DNA of 63,714 nt, the filler included, from Collodictyon triciliatum (taxonomy: Eukaryota), in NCBI GenBank assembly GCA_043381765.1. It is 6 parts of 5 records of this genome, joined end to end, with 100 filler letters (N's around TTAATTAATTAA, not from the genome) between each part and the next. Parts side by side here need not be neighbours in the genome. Positions count along the whole stretch, not along the records: positions 37,372 to 47,451 come from JBHJMP010000920.1; positions 47,552 to 56,838 come from JBHJMP010000923.1; 4 more parts are not named here. One strand, 5' to 3'. This document shows positions 40,601 through 54,400 of the stretch, in pieces. Below the pieces are notes generated by a model. The model made no database searches. It saw only the letters and a program-made list of their open reading frames with translations, and was not told where the DNA came from. The first letter of the stretch is position 1. Each line of letters opens with the position of its first letter. A program made the translations under genes and the position numbers.

Positions 40601-43600
40601 AAATAAAACAAATTGAAAGGCTTTTCTTCTATTATATCATTCGGGGAAATTACATGAATGGTAGACAGTGAATCCATCTTTCCCTAGAAAAGGTTCGTTT
40701 GACCCGGGTTCTAGGGTCAAATTAAAAAGGGGAAATAGAGCAAATTCTATATCAATAGACCCACATCCCACGAGGTTTATAACGTTTACTGCGTCATTGT
40801 TATTTGATGATAAGATCAACCTACAATAGCATCAGAGTTGACTTTAGAAAAATTGAATAATTGCATTCATTCTTTTTATGTACCTGTCTGTTTCTGAAAG
40901 GCAATATTCTACAATAGCCCTGTTAGAATTTAAAATACTCCAAGAGCATGATTGTCCTCTCAAGTATAAAAGACTTCCACTTCCATCATCAAAGACATTT
41001 AAATGTGAATCTCCGATGACCTGAACAGTTTTTTCGGAGTCACAAAACCCTAATTTAAGTTATGAAGTTTTTATTCGATGGTTTATCAATTCATGAAATC
41101 ATTCAAAAAAAAAACTTGCACAGTGGATATTTTACAAACCTAGTTTGTAGTAAGAAAACATATTATAGGATTTTGTAGTGGCACCGCCAAAGAAACCAAT
41201 CTGTGAGCCGATGAAAAAGGCATATGTTCCATCGAAAGATTCAATAGTTTCATGGGGTCGAATCGACAAAATATCGCAACTCGCTGCATGCATAGGTAGA
41301 ATATTTAAATTTTATCCTTCTTGTCATGTATTGTTCAGTGTTTTTAGAGGGCGTTACAACTTACTTTGATTGAGAAACCAATATCTGAAGGCACTAGGCT
41401 TTTGAATAGATATAGAGTATAGAAAGATAAGCCCATTTCCAAGTGAAATTCCAGAGAATGCTGCCGTAGGATCCACAAGATGGGATTTCTTCAAAGTCCA
41501 AGTAAAGTTGCCTTTTTGTTCATCAACGATTAGAAGAAAAAAGAATGCGTCAAAGAATGAAATTTCATATATGTAAAATAGAAAAGAACTATACCATGAA
41601 AAAAAATCCACAAGTCATTATGGAAGTAATCGTCAACATCAAGACCACCCATAAGCCATAAATCACCGTTGACAATAGTGAGAGTAGCCGAAAATCGATT
41701 TCTCTAAGATAAGATAAAAAGAACCATTAAAAATTGTTTTGGTCATGCATGTGAAAATAATTTAAGCTTATCAATTTACTCACCAGAATTTCGGGAGAAT
41801 TGAATCGTCTTGTGTCCCCATTCATAAAGTTAACGTGAAGGAAAGTATCTTGTTTTGTGTCATATTCTTCGCTTGAGTGCATCTGAATATGATATAAGTT
41901 AAAAATACTTCAAAATGAATCATTTGATATCAATATATCCCTAATATTAACTATATATCGATATCATCATTCATTTAACAAAGACCTTGCCGCCAAAAAT
42001 CCAACAAAATATGTCGGAAAAGACAAAAGCCATTCTTGACCTTGAACCAAGAACAGAGAACATGTTTGGTGATTTGTCCCATTCCACAATTTCCCAATAT
42101 CCAGTTGCTGATACGATATTTGATAAATAGCAAATACAGATAGTAAATTGTAAGAGTAAGAGTAAGAGTAAGAGTAAGAGTAAGAGTAAGAGTAAGAGTA
42201 AGAGTAAGAGTAAGAGTAAGAGTAAGAGTAAGAGTAAGAGTAAGAGTAAGAGTAAGATTTATAATGATAGTGATAATGATATATTACCTAAATAAAATCT
42301 CCACAAATGCTGGTCAACAGAATTGCCCATACTTTCCCCTCCAAAAATGTACAATACATAATTTATTGCACCAATTAGCATCGAATGTCGTGGCGAAGGG
42401 TTTGCGATGGAGGTTGTGAGTGGGCTATATAGAATCCATTTTTCTTGAACTATTTTCAAAATTTGAAATAAGAAAAGCTTGTCGTATATCAAAATAATTC
42501 TTCAACATCCAAATTGAATCAATGAAAAATATATGTCTAAATACCTTTGTCATATCCCCACAAGTCATTAAGGGTGATGAGTTGGTTTCTTATTGAAATA
42601 CCCCCAAAAATCAGATAGAAAGTCTCGTTTACCGTCACAAACCCAGCGTTTTTTCTCCTTGAAGGCTCAACATTCAGGCTACTATAAATCCAATCTTCCT
42701 CGTCTGTGAAGAAAATATACACAGATTTAGGTGCCGCGGAAATAGTGTCCCAAGACAAAACATATTACAAAAATTCAATCTTAATTTGATACATGAATCC
42801 CATATCCAAGCCTCATGCACTAGTAAGTTTCTGGGACCCACTCCTCCAATTATATACATCTGCTCGTTTAGGATGGCGTGGCTGGAACCATACGTAGGTG
42901 AAGGGGCTTTCATGGCTTCTTCTTGATCATCCAACTTGTAATTCATGATGGTTTTCGTCTCTTCAATAGGTATTTCAATTATCGTATTGTAATTTATACG
43001 AAGTATATTCCAATTAAATTTTTATGTTAAAATAGCTGCATGACATGGAACGAAAAATGAAAGAAAAAATATAATGTGGTTTTAAAAAAAGTATACTGAG
43101 TGATATCACCAGAACATCAGAAAGTATATTTCCACTATTTATTCCTCCAATTATGACCAACTTGTCATTGAAAACTGTGTTTGCAGCCATTTGTCTTCTC
43201 AAAGAGTAAGGAATGTGGTAAACACTTCTCGGCATGCACGTACTTAGGGGAGCCTCACCATAATTTTTCCAAGACTCTAGCACTAATCGAGATTGAAAAG
43301 TGCCGAATTAAAATCTAACCTTATTAAATCTGAGAAAACAGTAACTTTAGTAAAGTAATACAATACCTATGTCAAATTCCCATAAGTCTCCTGATTCAGA
43401 TATACCATCCCATCCCCCGAATATAAACATCGACGACTCGTAAATAGCACCACTTCCATAAGAAATCTTAGGAGAGATGGACTTTGTCCTAATCCTTTGA
43501 ATTCTCTTGTTTTCTGCAATGACCAAAAAGTATCGAGATTAGAAGAAAGCTATATGAATTGGTATAACATCGATTACGAATTTAGCTTCATATTAGTAGT

Positions 43601-46600
43601 TACCAAGATTAATCACCCACGTATCACTAAATACTTGGCCTCCCTAGGAAGCGTAAAAGAAAAAAGAAGTGAAAAGTAGCGTAAATTCATAATATATTTA
43701 ATCAATTTAATCGCTGAGTATTACCTTGATTCCTCCATGAATATACATGAAGTTCCTTTGGACTTTACATGTTCTTCCAGAGAGATAATCTCCTAATCCA
43801 GACATGTAGCTTGTCCATGTTACATTTTCAGTGTCAAAAAAGAAAAGTTTTGGCGGTATTAACGAAGCCCCTGATATTTGCCCTTCCAAATAAAAGAGTC
43901 CGTGATTCGAACTGACAAAGCAACCACCCAGAGATTGTTTGGGTATATCTCCATATGTTTCCATCGAATAGTACTCTAAATTGTTCCCTAAAATAATATT
44001 TCACCACTTTATAATTATTGATGGTAAAACACAAGACGCAAAAAGTAAAAAAAAAAAAAAATACCTGGAAGATGAATATCTTCTCTTTCAATATATATTA
44101 CTGATTTTTCTGCAAAACAGCTTTTTTCTTCGACATTAGGGATGTTTTCTACCATCCCAAATATGTATATTCTATTATTATGAGATGCTGCAGCACCGTT
44201 GAACATTCCAAATGTTGATGGAATACGACCTATTTGATTGGATTTAGAAATTTCAAATAAAAATAAATACTATGTAATTAAGTTAATTGACGTACAACTC
44301 TCGGGCTTTTTTGAGATAAGCATCTGATTTCTAGTAATTTTTTTGTTTTGACTTGAACAGGCTCCCTATGAATGAAGTGAGCTTATAGATCAACCAAAGT
44401 TATGTGTATTGGTAGATTCTCTAAAAGCATACAAAATAATTATATCCATCATCATATTTTGATAAGCAAGGCAAGCACAATCCACGGAAATTAACAAAAT
44501 GTCTTTGTGGGCAGACACACGACGAGTTTATCCATAAAAGGTTATTTTTGCAGCCTATGTCATAGTGTGATGAAAAGTGAGAAAATTATTGTGCGATGTT
44601 GGGTATTTTGACTTGTAAAGAGAAACATACGATTAATTTTGATTGTAAATCCTGGAACAAGTTTGCTGTCAGAAGGAATCTTTAAAGAAATGATGAGCTT
44701 TGCGGTGGTAAATGTAATGACTGTTCCTAAGGGCAATAATGACCATTCGATCTGAAGTGATGTATTCTTAATTCAAAATGAATTGCTATGGTGGAATGAT
44801 TATTTGAATATTTGATAGAATTTTTTTCCTTTATTCGATTCAAAGTATCATTTGATAGAATGTAAAAAAAAAAAAAAATTCAACAAAAATGTCAATAAAC
44901 CCCATGAAAAAAAAAAACTGAAAATTACGTTTTTGACATCGTCATCCGTAATATCGGTTTGAATTTCAGGGCATTGAAAGTTTGTAATATTTAAAATCGG
45001 TAGAGATAGTAAATCCATTTCTAGCACCTTTTTTTTTTTTTTTTTGAAAAAGCGTGATTATCTTATATTTCGGTTAATTAGAAAATTGTATGAATACGAT
45101 CGAGAGCACTAAATGAGATTAACTTTATACTTCGATGGATGAGGCGCTATCAATAATCCATGTACAATTCGTCCCTGGGAATAAACTTCCATCTTTACTT
45201 CCATCATTAAGAATTATGAAGTTATCCACCTTGACATAGGAGGTCTGATTGCAATACAAATTTTCTATGCCGTGAATATATTTTAGCTATTTCATTAATG
45301 TGCTCTAGACAAAATTGGAAAGGATATTGTTCCATACCCAGATTTAGTGAAAAGGCGTTGGGTGTTAAAATGCTGCCGCTTGTATGAACAAACATCAGTT
45401 TCGACATGTGAATGTAAGTGAAAGAAAAATCAGGCGTGACAATTCCAACTTTAGGCCCTGTAGTTTGTCTGATATTCGAATCTATTGACAAAGTTATCAT
45501 GAGGCTGAGTGAACCTCAGTTGCTTTTTTTTAAATTGGAGTGAATACCAAAATAAATCATCTACCTTCGATAAATAATGGTGATTTTAAAGATTGTGCGT
45601 CGATAGAACCACCAAACAAGAAGTCTCCTCCATAATAAAAATATGTTTGCCCGCGATATGATTTGTATGCATGGCTGCGTGAATCCGGAATCCAGATACT
45701 GGTACCTACAAAACATGCAATAATGTATACTTTTCTCAAAAAAAAAAAAAAAGAAGATAGTTTCAGTTTACCTTTATCGAAGCACCACTTAATGTCATAT
45801 TCTGTAACCAAGGTTAGCCCATTCATTATGCAGAACAGATTTTCTTGCATGAAAACAATTGGGATATTTTGCAATGGAGGACTGTTGGTCGATCTGAAAA
45901 CGGTCACATTCCCAAACTCCAAATCTATCAAGGACACAAAGTCTTTGGTTACCAGCTTCGGGTCGAAGTTTTGGACTCCACCCCATATCCAAATATGTTT
46001 ACCCACGGTGAAATATATAACTCCATAAGAGCATTTGTATACTTCAGCGAGTTCCCACCAAATATCGAGAGGCGACCATGTATTTTTATCTAGAGACATG
46101 TAAAGGATATTTAATTAAAATTACTTGAATATTGGTTAGCTTCTTCTTCTTTTTTTTTCCTAGTCTTTTTTGTGTGCATGTAATGATAGCGAATTCATGT
46201 GATAGATATGTTAGTACCGAGGCTGTATTTCATGAAAATACCGCAATTTTTATCTAAAAGTGGTGTCCCAGCAAATAGATAGACAGTTTCATTATGGTAA
46301 CCTAAGTTCTGCAGAAATATTAGATATGCTTTCTAGAAAATTTAGAATAAAGGAATAGTACAATATCATGGAGCAAAGGAATGCACGAGATATTAGCCAT
46401 GGAACAGTTAGATTCTCGTTGAATCAGATGCCATTTCTGTGTCGCTGACATAGAATTTTTGAATGAAATTTAGCGAGTAATTATTTATTCCTGTGTTTCA
46501 TTCCAGATATTCAAAGTTTGTTTGAATGCTAAGTTCAATCAAACCATTTGGCTACCTGAGCTAAATCTCCAAAAATCATTGATGAATCTAGGGAGAAAAT

Positions 46601-47300
46601 ATGACGAATATCCACCGATGAAATAAAAATCTCCATTACTACCAAGAACTGATGCTTTTGTGTTCCTTTTAATGGGATAGTGGTCGAGGCTACTCCAATC
46701 CCATGCGTTTGAATCTTGGGAGGTATTATTTTGTATTAATCATGTGAATTATGTATACCAAAGAATAAATTCCGTCACAAAATACCTATATTCAACCGCC
46801 AAATATCGTTCAATGGTCCATTGGACGCTCCAGAAAATAAATAGATATGTCTTCCAAAAGAAATCAAAACAGCACCAGACCTTGGAGGAGGCCTTAATAT
46901 AGGATACTCAATACTCTCTGTTGGAACTTCGTTATAGAGCATCGTCATGTTGTCTATGTACCCGAAACAAAATTGATCATAATTTTTTTGTTATAGTGGT
47001 ACTTTCACTATGGCCATAAATCCTTAAATAAAACAAACAAAAAGATTAAAGCGGTAAGGTAATAATAATTAAAAAAAATTGATTAAGCTAAAAGAAAAGG
47101 CTGTGTATATGATATTGAGTATTGAAATACTTAAAATTGCGCATATTACCTATATCATAAATCTTCAGCCCATGAACACTAACTAATCGACCTAAAACGA
47201 ACCCGCCAAATAAATACAAGTGATTGTCCACTAAATTAGCGGCTTGCATGTAAATGGGATAATCCAATTTGATGTCGGATCTACTCCACGCCAAAGTTTC
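37685..47300 (-). CDS. Eukaryotic multi-exon receptor: Kelch repeats, CUB, Cys-rich, TM, pseudokinase, degenerate class III nucleotide cyclase (partial at both ends)
   Basis: Kelch exons (YLFGG, NDLW, YIFGG), CUB-like FDDGSG..Y..GQSCSWSI...GFTVY, a TM near 40170-40240, kinase RHPCVVLYLG and WIAPEVL...SDLYSLGVVFWEI, and cyclase-like LW...M...LHNLI / LQKEL...WP / MGIDSG / A.PGQIL. Short GT-AG introns throughout. The single-gene model is inferred. Confidence 0.65.
42149..42257. repeat. Intronic microsatellite (GTAAGA)n
   Basis: Read directly from sequence. Confidence 0.95.
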
Positions 47301-47551
47301 TAGAACGAAAAAAGGTGAAGGGCAAGAAAAAAGTGGAGGGTGAGGAGGAGGAAGAGATGGGGGGGGGGGGGGGGGGGGGGGTGTTTTTTTTTTTTTTTTT
47401 TTTTATTTTTTTTTTTTATGGTGTTCTGAATGTCTAAATAACATTTTTTTTNNNNNNNNNNNNNNNNNNNNNNNNNNNNNNNNNNNNNNNNNNNNTTAAT
47501 TAATTAANNNNNNNNNNNNNNNNNNNNNNNNNNNNNNNNNNNNNNNNNNNN

Positions 47552-47593
<42 letters not shown>

Positions 47594-47639
47594 GAAATGT
47601 GGAAACGAGATATCAGCAAACTGGACGAAAAGAAAGAAA

Positions 47640-50150
47640 TAAAGGGGGAGACCATGTATCCCAGCAAAAGCTGTTCGAAATCTTTAAGGGATACATTCGC
47701 ATATACAGTATGCCTAGATCAAGTTTGAAACATGTAGATCAAAAAGGTTATGAATAACCAATCACCTTGTGTGGATGTGGATATCTTTGATGCGTCATTT
47801 TCGCCATATTTTGAAATATCCCTTAATTCTGAAGCACTTTCAGGATTCTAGGTGAAAATATGAGTCATTAATATTGGTGCATTAACATAATTCAGGCCGA
47901 ATATATCAGTTGAAAGAGCCTAAAAGTACCCGGTTCATATGATGCAAAACCTCTTTGACCTCTTCAGTAAGTGGAAACTCGATGGTATACTTCAATTCTG
48001 TTCCTTTTTTCCCCTTCGAATCACTTCCCATTACGCGACCAGAGAATGTCCCGAGTTTGCCTGTTATCACACGAAGGGGTCTTTTTTGGTTCATATTATA
48101 TCTTGATTTACTCACCATAGGGCATTGTGCTATTGGTTAAACGTTATTAAATTGAAACAGACTGGGAAGTGCTACAAGTTTTGCAGTTTTTATTTCAGGC
48201 CTTCCTTTTTCAGCGAGTGGCATAGGTAGAATTGATAGTCCTATAATCTAGATAATTGCAAATTCTTGACACAACTCCCAACATCAAAAGTCACACTAGT
48301 TCTCTCCAAAAATCAAATAAGATGAAATAAGAATACAAGAAGGGATGCGGGTATAGTTTCAGAAATTTTTTATACTTTCTCAAATTCCGAGACTTCAGAA
48401 GCGAGGTCGATGGGCTGTGACGTTCCGGGTTGTAGAACAGACATCGCCTCCTTCAACCCAGAGCACAAAACTGTCAACGGATCAAACTCGAGAGGGACTG
48501 AATATCCACTTCTAAATAGATTAAGAAAATCCTGCTTCACTGCAATGCATCGATTTTATTCGTACACGAAATATGAAAGGATTTAATACGAAAGATCGAA
48601 ATATGGAATTATGAGTGTTGTCAAACTCTGACTTTTCTGTGCTTTTAGGAGCCCAAAATCTGCGTTGCATATAATCAATAAATTTTTACATAGTTGAATT
48701 TAGAATTGAAGGTTCCTCACAAAAACAAGAATAATGGTTTTTGGTATAAACATAGTTATAATGAAAATAGTGAAGGTTTTGAAATAACATACGCAATAAA
48801 TTCAGTGGCTTCTTTAACACTCTCTGGTATCCCAGTTTTCTTCATTTTTAGTGCGATGTGTGAAAATATAGGCCAAATAGTCTGAGAGAGTTCTCTTGTT
48901 CGAAAAACCTAGGTTAAATTCATTCATCTATTGTAAAAAAAATATGGTATTGAATCATTTTAAAGACATCTTATTATGCAGGATATTGATGTGCGTTTTT
49001 TGAATACCCCGCGATTTAATGCACGAATGATGGCGATCTTCATAAATGTGTTCTTCTTGAAATAAAGTGACGATTCTATGCAGTATTAAGTGGAATTTTG
49101 TATCAGTGGAGCGAATTCTCATAATATTTGTCTATGGTCAAATTTCAAGCATAATTGAATACGCCATTAGTCCCCTTAAACTTTCAAAAGAAAAAGAAGA
49201 GAAGAGAAGAGAAGAGAAGAGAAGAGAAGAGAAGAGAAGAGAAGAGAAGAGAAGAGAAGAGAAGAGAAGAGAAGAGAAGAGAAGAGAAGAGAAGAGAATA
49301 TATTGAAATATGAAATAACCGTGCAAAAGGTAGATTAGTTTATTGAAGGCACCATCCAGGAAAGCAGAATCTCCGCTTGATATGTAAGAATCTATATTGA
49401 AATGTGTTATGCAAAATGCCGATAGTACTTTGTCTGTTAGTTGATTTATGGGATGTATTTGCACTGCGGTATAATGTAATACATGAATATCCGGTAATGG
49501 CCACCCATAGGTATATAACCTCTTCCGACAGACTGTATTCATACTTTCCACTTTTCTTTTTCTGGGTGCATTTAACCCGAGTTGTTTTAAGGGATAAAGT
49601 GAATAGAGGTTGTGATTGAAAACGAAATGTATTATAAGTCAGAATAAAAAAAAACATGATGATGATGAAGAAGAAGAGGTGATTCAGACACCTTAACTTC
49701 TAGGTTCACTTGCTTGGACCGGTATTCGCACACAAGACATGATATTCGGTTGAGGATTGAATGACATATCTTAATAATAATATAAATATATAAAAATAAA
49801 AAGAGAGTTTCAGTTCCCCTAAATCCGTGATAAAACAAACTATATTTTGTTGGCGGTTTGAACTAGTGCAAATACCTGGCCGTGCATGGGCCTGGGCACA
49901 TGGTGGCATAATCTTCCCACGATATATACTAAACAAAATATGCAATTCCTTATATAACGACCCAATAAAACGTACATGAAAAATCAGATTTCTTGATAAC
50001 GTTTGTATTGTAGAAACCTGATAATGTCCTATTTTTTACATCTTCATCTCCATTTATAATATCAAAAAGAACAAGCACCAGTTCCTGATTGCAAGTGAAT
50101 ATATGGAATCGTTATGAACTGTACTTCAGGTAAAGAATATATCCTGGTTT
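47640..50150 (-). CDS. Probable eukaryotic multi-exon gene, product unknown
   Basis: Exon-like, higher-GC blocks bounded by GT/AG on the minus strand (e.g. ORFs 47906-48118, 49138-49551); no family recognised. Confidence 0.35.
49195..49297. repeat. Microsatellite (GAGAA)n
   Basis: Read directly from sequence. Confidence 0.95.
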
Positions 50151-50371
50151 CGAAAAAATAAAAATAAAAATAGAAAAAGAAAGGAGCATATATTTTCATG
50201 CACGCACATGAATCGGCTGCACGTATTCCGACAATGACTTTGATTGGACGCGCTGCTTCAGAAATCGCAATGCAGCCGAGCGCACAGCAGGCTTACATTA
50301 TTGAACCAATGAAGGGCGTTCGTGTCAAAATAAAAAGTAAAATGAAGCGATGAAAGATATCAAAATGAAAA

Positions 50372-50626
50372 AAATCAAAAATCAAAAATCAAAAATCAAA
50401 AATCAAAAATCAAAAATCAAAAATCAAAAATCAAAAATCAATCATCAATCATCAATCATCAATCATCAATCATCAATCATCAATCATCAATCATCAATCG
50501 TCAATCATCAATCATCAATCATCAATCATCAATAATCAATAATCAATAATCAATAATCAATAATCAATAATCAATAATCAATAATCAATAATCAATAATC
50601 AATAATCAATAATCAATAATCAATAA
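50372..50626. repeat. Compound 7-mer satellite (AATCAAA/AATCATC/AATCAAT)n preceding gap 50627-50999
   Basis: Read directly from sequence. Confidence 0.95.
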
Positions 50627-51035
50627 NNNNNNNNNNNNNNNNNNNNNNNNNNNNNNNNNNNNNNNNNNNNNNNNNNNNNNNNNNNNNNNNNNNNNNNNNN
50701 NNNNNNNNNNNNNNNNNNNNNNNNNNNNNNNNNNNNNNNNNNNNNNNNNNNNNNNNNNNNNNNNNNNNNNNNNNNNNNNNNNNNNNNNNNNNNNNNNNNN
50801 NNNNNNNNNNNNNNNNNNNNNNNNNNNNNNNNNNNNNNNNNNNNNNNNNNNNNNNNNNNNNNNNNNNNNNNNNNNNNNNNNNNNNNNNNNNNNNNNNNNN
50901 NNNNNNNNNNNNNNNNNNNNNNNNNNNNNNNNNNNNNNNNNNNNNNNNNNNNNNNNNNNNNNNNNNNNNNNNNNNNNNNNNNNNNNNNNNNNNNNNNNNT
51001 TTTTTTTTATTTCTGCCGATTTTTCCGCCCCCCCT

Positions 51036-51080
<45 letters not shown>

Positions 51081-51499
51081 TTCATCTTGTTTTCCTTTCA
51101 GATTTTTCTGCACTCCTTTCATTTTTTGTTTCTACTGTTTGTTTGATGCCTATCTTTATTTTTTTTTAATGATTATTTTTTTTTCTGGTTTTATGTCTTT
51201 TCTTTTCTTTTTCTTCCCTTTTCTATACAACAGGAAGACAAAGGCGACGGAACAGGCCGCAGAACTCGCAGGCAGAAGTCGAGAGTTGGCAAGCGGAAAA
51301 GGCGCGCCGGTCTTCAATGCTCAAACCGCTCAGTCTGCACGTCGATGGCGATGGACTTTGGAATGCCTCCGGACGATTATCTGTTTCAGTCGCTGATGGG
51401 TGTAAAGAAGCTTTGTGTTAGAGTAGTCCAGAGTACAAATAAAAGGAAAAGAAAAAGGAAAAAGCAAGAAGGAAAAAGGAAAAAGGAAAAAGGAAAAAG

Positions 51500-54400
51500 G
51501 AAAAAGAGGATTCTGTATCCAACCAATCGCTCGTCAATCCATATTATGTGGGTAAGTCACACACAGAGTATGCTTTTTAAACAATCACACAGCACTGATT
51601 CCCTTACTTTCATAAATAGCGGCACATCAATAGCGGATATCGGGAAAGTATCCAAGTCGCCCAGGAAAACCTAAGTAAAGATGGTCGTTGGCAAAGTGAT
51701 TTTGTTTCATTAAGGTATTAGAATTACGTAGTTTTCAGGTAATACAAGAGCCATATGTGCATCTCCACAACACAACACAACAAAACAAAACAAAACAAAA
51801 CAAAACAAAACAAAACAAAACAAAACAAAACAAAACAAAACAAAACAAAAAAAGAATGCAAAAGAACGTCAATTTCTTATCTATTTATATTTGCATTTTG
51901 TTTGCTTATTTATCGCTCGTTTAAATGACAAGGACAAGGAAAAGCAACATACTTCGAATCCTACAGCGACATAATTCTGGATAACATCGATAGGGGCATC
52001 GGGATCCAATTTTTGTAGCACTGTCATTGCCTGGATGTCAGATTTTTATGGAAGAGATAGAAAAAATAGAATCCTTAAAATTGGAGAGAAAGAGAAAAAA
52101 ACCAAACGAAGAAGACCAGTTTTATTTGCATTCGGTTCGTAAGAACATTCAGATAACATATGCAGAGAAACTACAGAGAAACTGTTTGACAAATATACAT
52201 GAGAATGCAAATAAAGTTTTAAAGACCTGTGTTGGGGTTATCCCGAAATCTGAAGATGAAGATTCGAGTTCCTGCTCAATATTCCTAATAAACTCCTCCA
52301 TATCCAGGACAAATTGATCTTGAAGCAATTCAAGAAACGGCGACTGGACGAATGTACGCATGGATTAAAGATATCGACCATTAAACCAGAGTAAGAAACC
52401 GTTTGGAGAGCACATAAGTTCTTCAAATAGATTGAACTGAGAGTTGTTCATCACGTAGATATTGAACAGCATGGAAATTGGGAAAACAGCATACCGTTTT
52501 TCCTGCAGAACTGTCAAACAATTCATCACATCCCATCATGCCCTCGTTGAATTCCGTATTCAGGGTGTGTCGAATCATCTGTAATCAAAAGATGGCGAAT
52601 ATTGAAACATAATGCATGCGAAACACATTTTTATAAAGACAAAAAAATTGAAATAAAAAAATGAAAAGATAAAAATAAACATGTCTCTTACGTGTAGGTC
52701 TTCCTCCGATTTGGAAGGGAAAACCTGACACACGGATGATATTATGTCATCGAGTTTAAGGCATCTAATGCCCATCCCCTTCGAGCTTTTTGATTTCTCT
52801 AAGGACTCCTACGAAATATCAAGAAGAAGAGGACGAATAAAATTTCGAGTTCCAGCAAGGTAGTGTCGAGCAAGAATAACAATCAAATATCCCTCCATGT
52901 TTGTTGTATCATACAAGCGAGTTCCGCATGATGTGAATCAGCTCATGGATTTCAAAATATGTATCTTCGCAGATCGTCTTTGTCAAAGTCTTGTAGAAAA
53001 TGAGAAACACAGGCTCAGAGCGATAAAACTCGGTAGATGTATATATGTTATGTCCCCACTCTAATGATGAATAGTCAAATTTAACTGCTTCGATATTGAA
53101 AAACTGAGTGCCAAATCAATTGAAATGCGTGTAGTTACTATTTTGGAACAAACCCAGTGCCAAAGACTGATATTTGGACTTAAGATATGAATGAAAGAAT
53201 TCGTCAAAAGACGTCCGAGCTTTCAGATGGTGGCTTCCGGCCGCGTATCTGGTCTCTCTAAAGACAGTTGTTTTAAGGTTTGATATAGAGTCAAGAACAC
53301 CTTTTCCTATGTATAATCAAGATTTCTTTATTTTGGATACAACATATGTGTCGAACCGGTTTATATTCCCATTCAATTTTGATAACTCCTCGTGTCTTTT
53401 CGTGAAGATGTCTTTGATGACCGTCTCTAAAGTATTCCTTCCCACAAGTCTGTATTCAGCGCGCGCTAATTGCACGAATTTTTTTCCCTCAAAAATACTG
53501 GAAATGTGACTTTCTTTGTTCATAATTTCGAAGCGTCATATATATACCAAGTCAAGATGAATGGTTCACAATAAGGTGTTGGCAGACTTCGAGAAGGGAT
53601 AATGGATGGAATAAAAAGACTGTATAAGACTCACCAGAGGAGAACGAGCTTCTAAAATAAACAGGGACGGACGCACTGGATTTCAAAAAAAAAATTCGTA
53701 AGTTAGCTTCATTGCGGTGTACTTTATCTTTTCAAATCTTGAACAAAAATGACTTTCTATATATTGCGTTTCTCGGGCTCCTTAAACCCACCTTTCGCCC
53801 ATATTAGCATAAAACTTTTTCAAGGACGAAAAAGTTGGGTTTATCTGTGGGGAGGAAAGGGTGTCGGTATTAACTCTCCTCCTTGTTATTCTTGCGTGCT
53901 CAGCAATCTCTGTACTGGACACATTGGGACTTTGATGGACGGAAGTCTATTAAAAAGACATTTGTGAATGAGATAGAAAATGTTGATTGGATATATACAA
54001 CTGCTAGTATAAAGAACATCAGACTCCATTTTCTTGTACGCTTTATCAAATTGTTAATGCGTATGCACTGCTGAGAGACTTACATGCTTTGAGCCTTCCT
54101 GGCCCTTTTCATTTTGCTCTGAGTCTTTTTTCTCGTCCTCAGCCTTGATTGTTACTAGCTATTTGTTTGTTTTATTGTATATAATCATCATTTATAAATA
54201 AAAAAAAAAAGGAAAAGGAATTTTTTTTGCATAATTCGTCTTCGCAGTTGAAATGACTCGCCAAGAAAGTCAAAACTGCTTTTTTATGGATTTTGACAGA
54301 ATAAAACACCTGGTCGATAAGTAATTCCACAGCCTCCCTAGTTGATTCTAGGTTCTCTATTTCTCCAATCACATCCTTTCCGGCGATAAAATAAAAATGA

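Noticed and set aside
51234-51420. GC-richer exon-like block on the + strand
   Set aside because: Possibly a terminal exon, but the frame and identity cannot be determined next to the gap.
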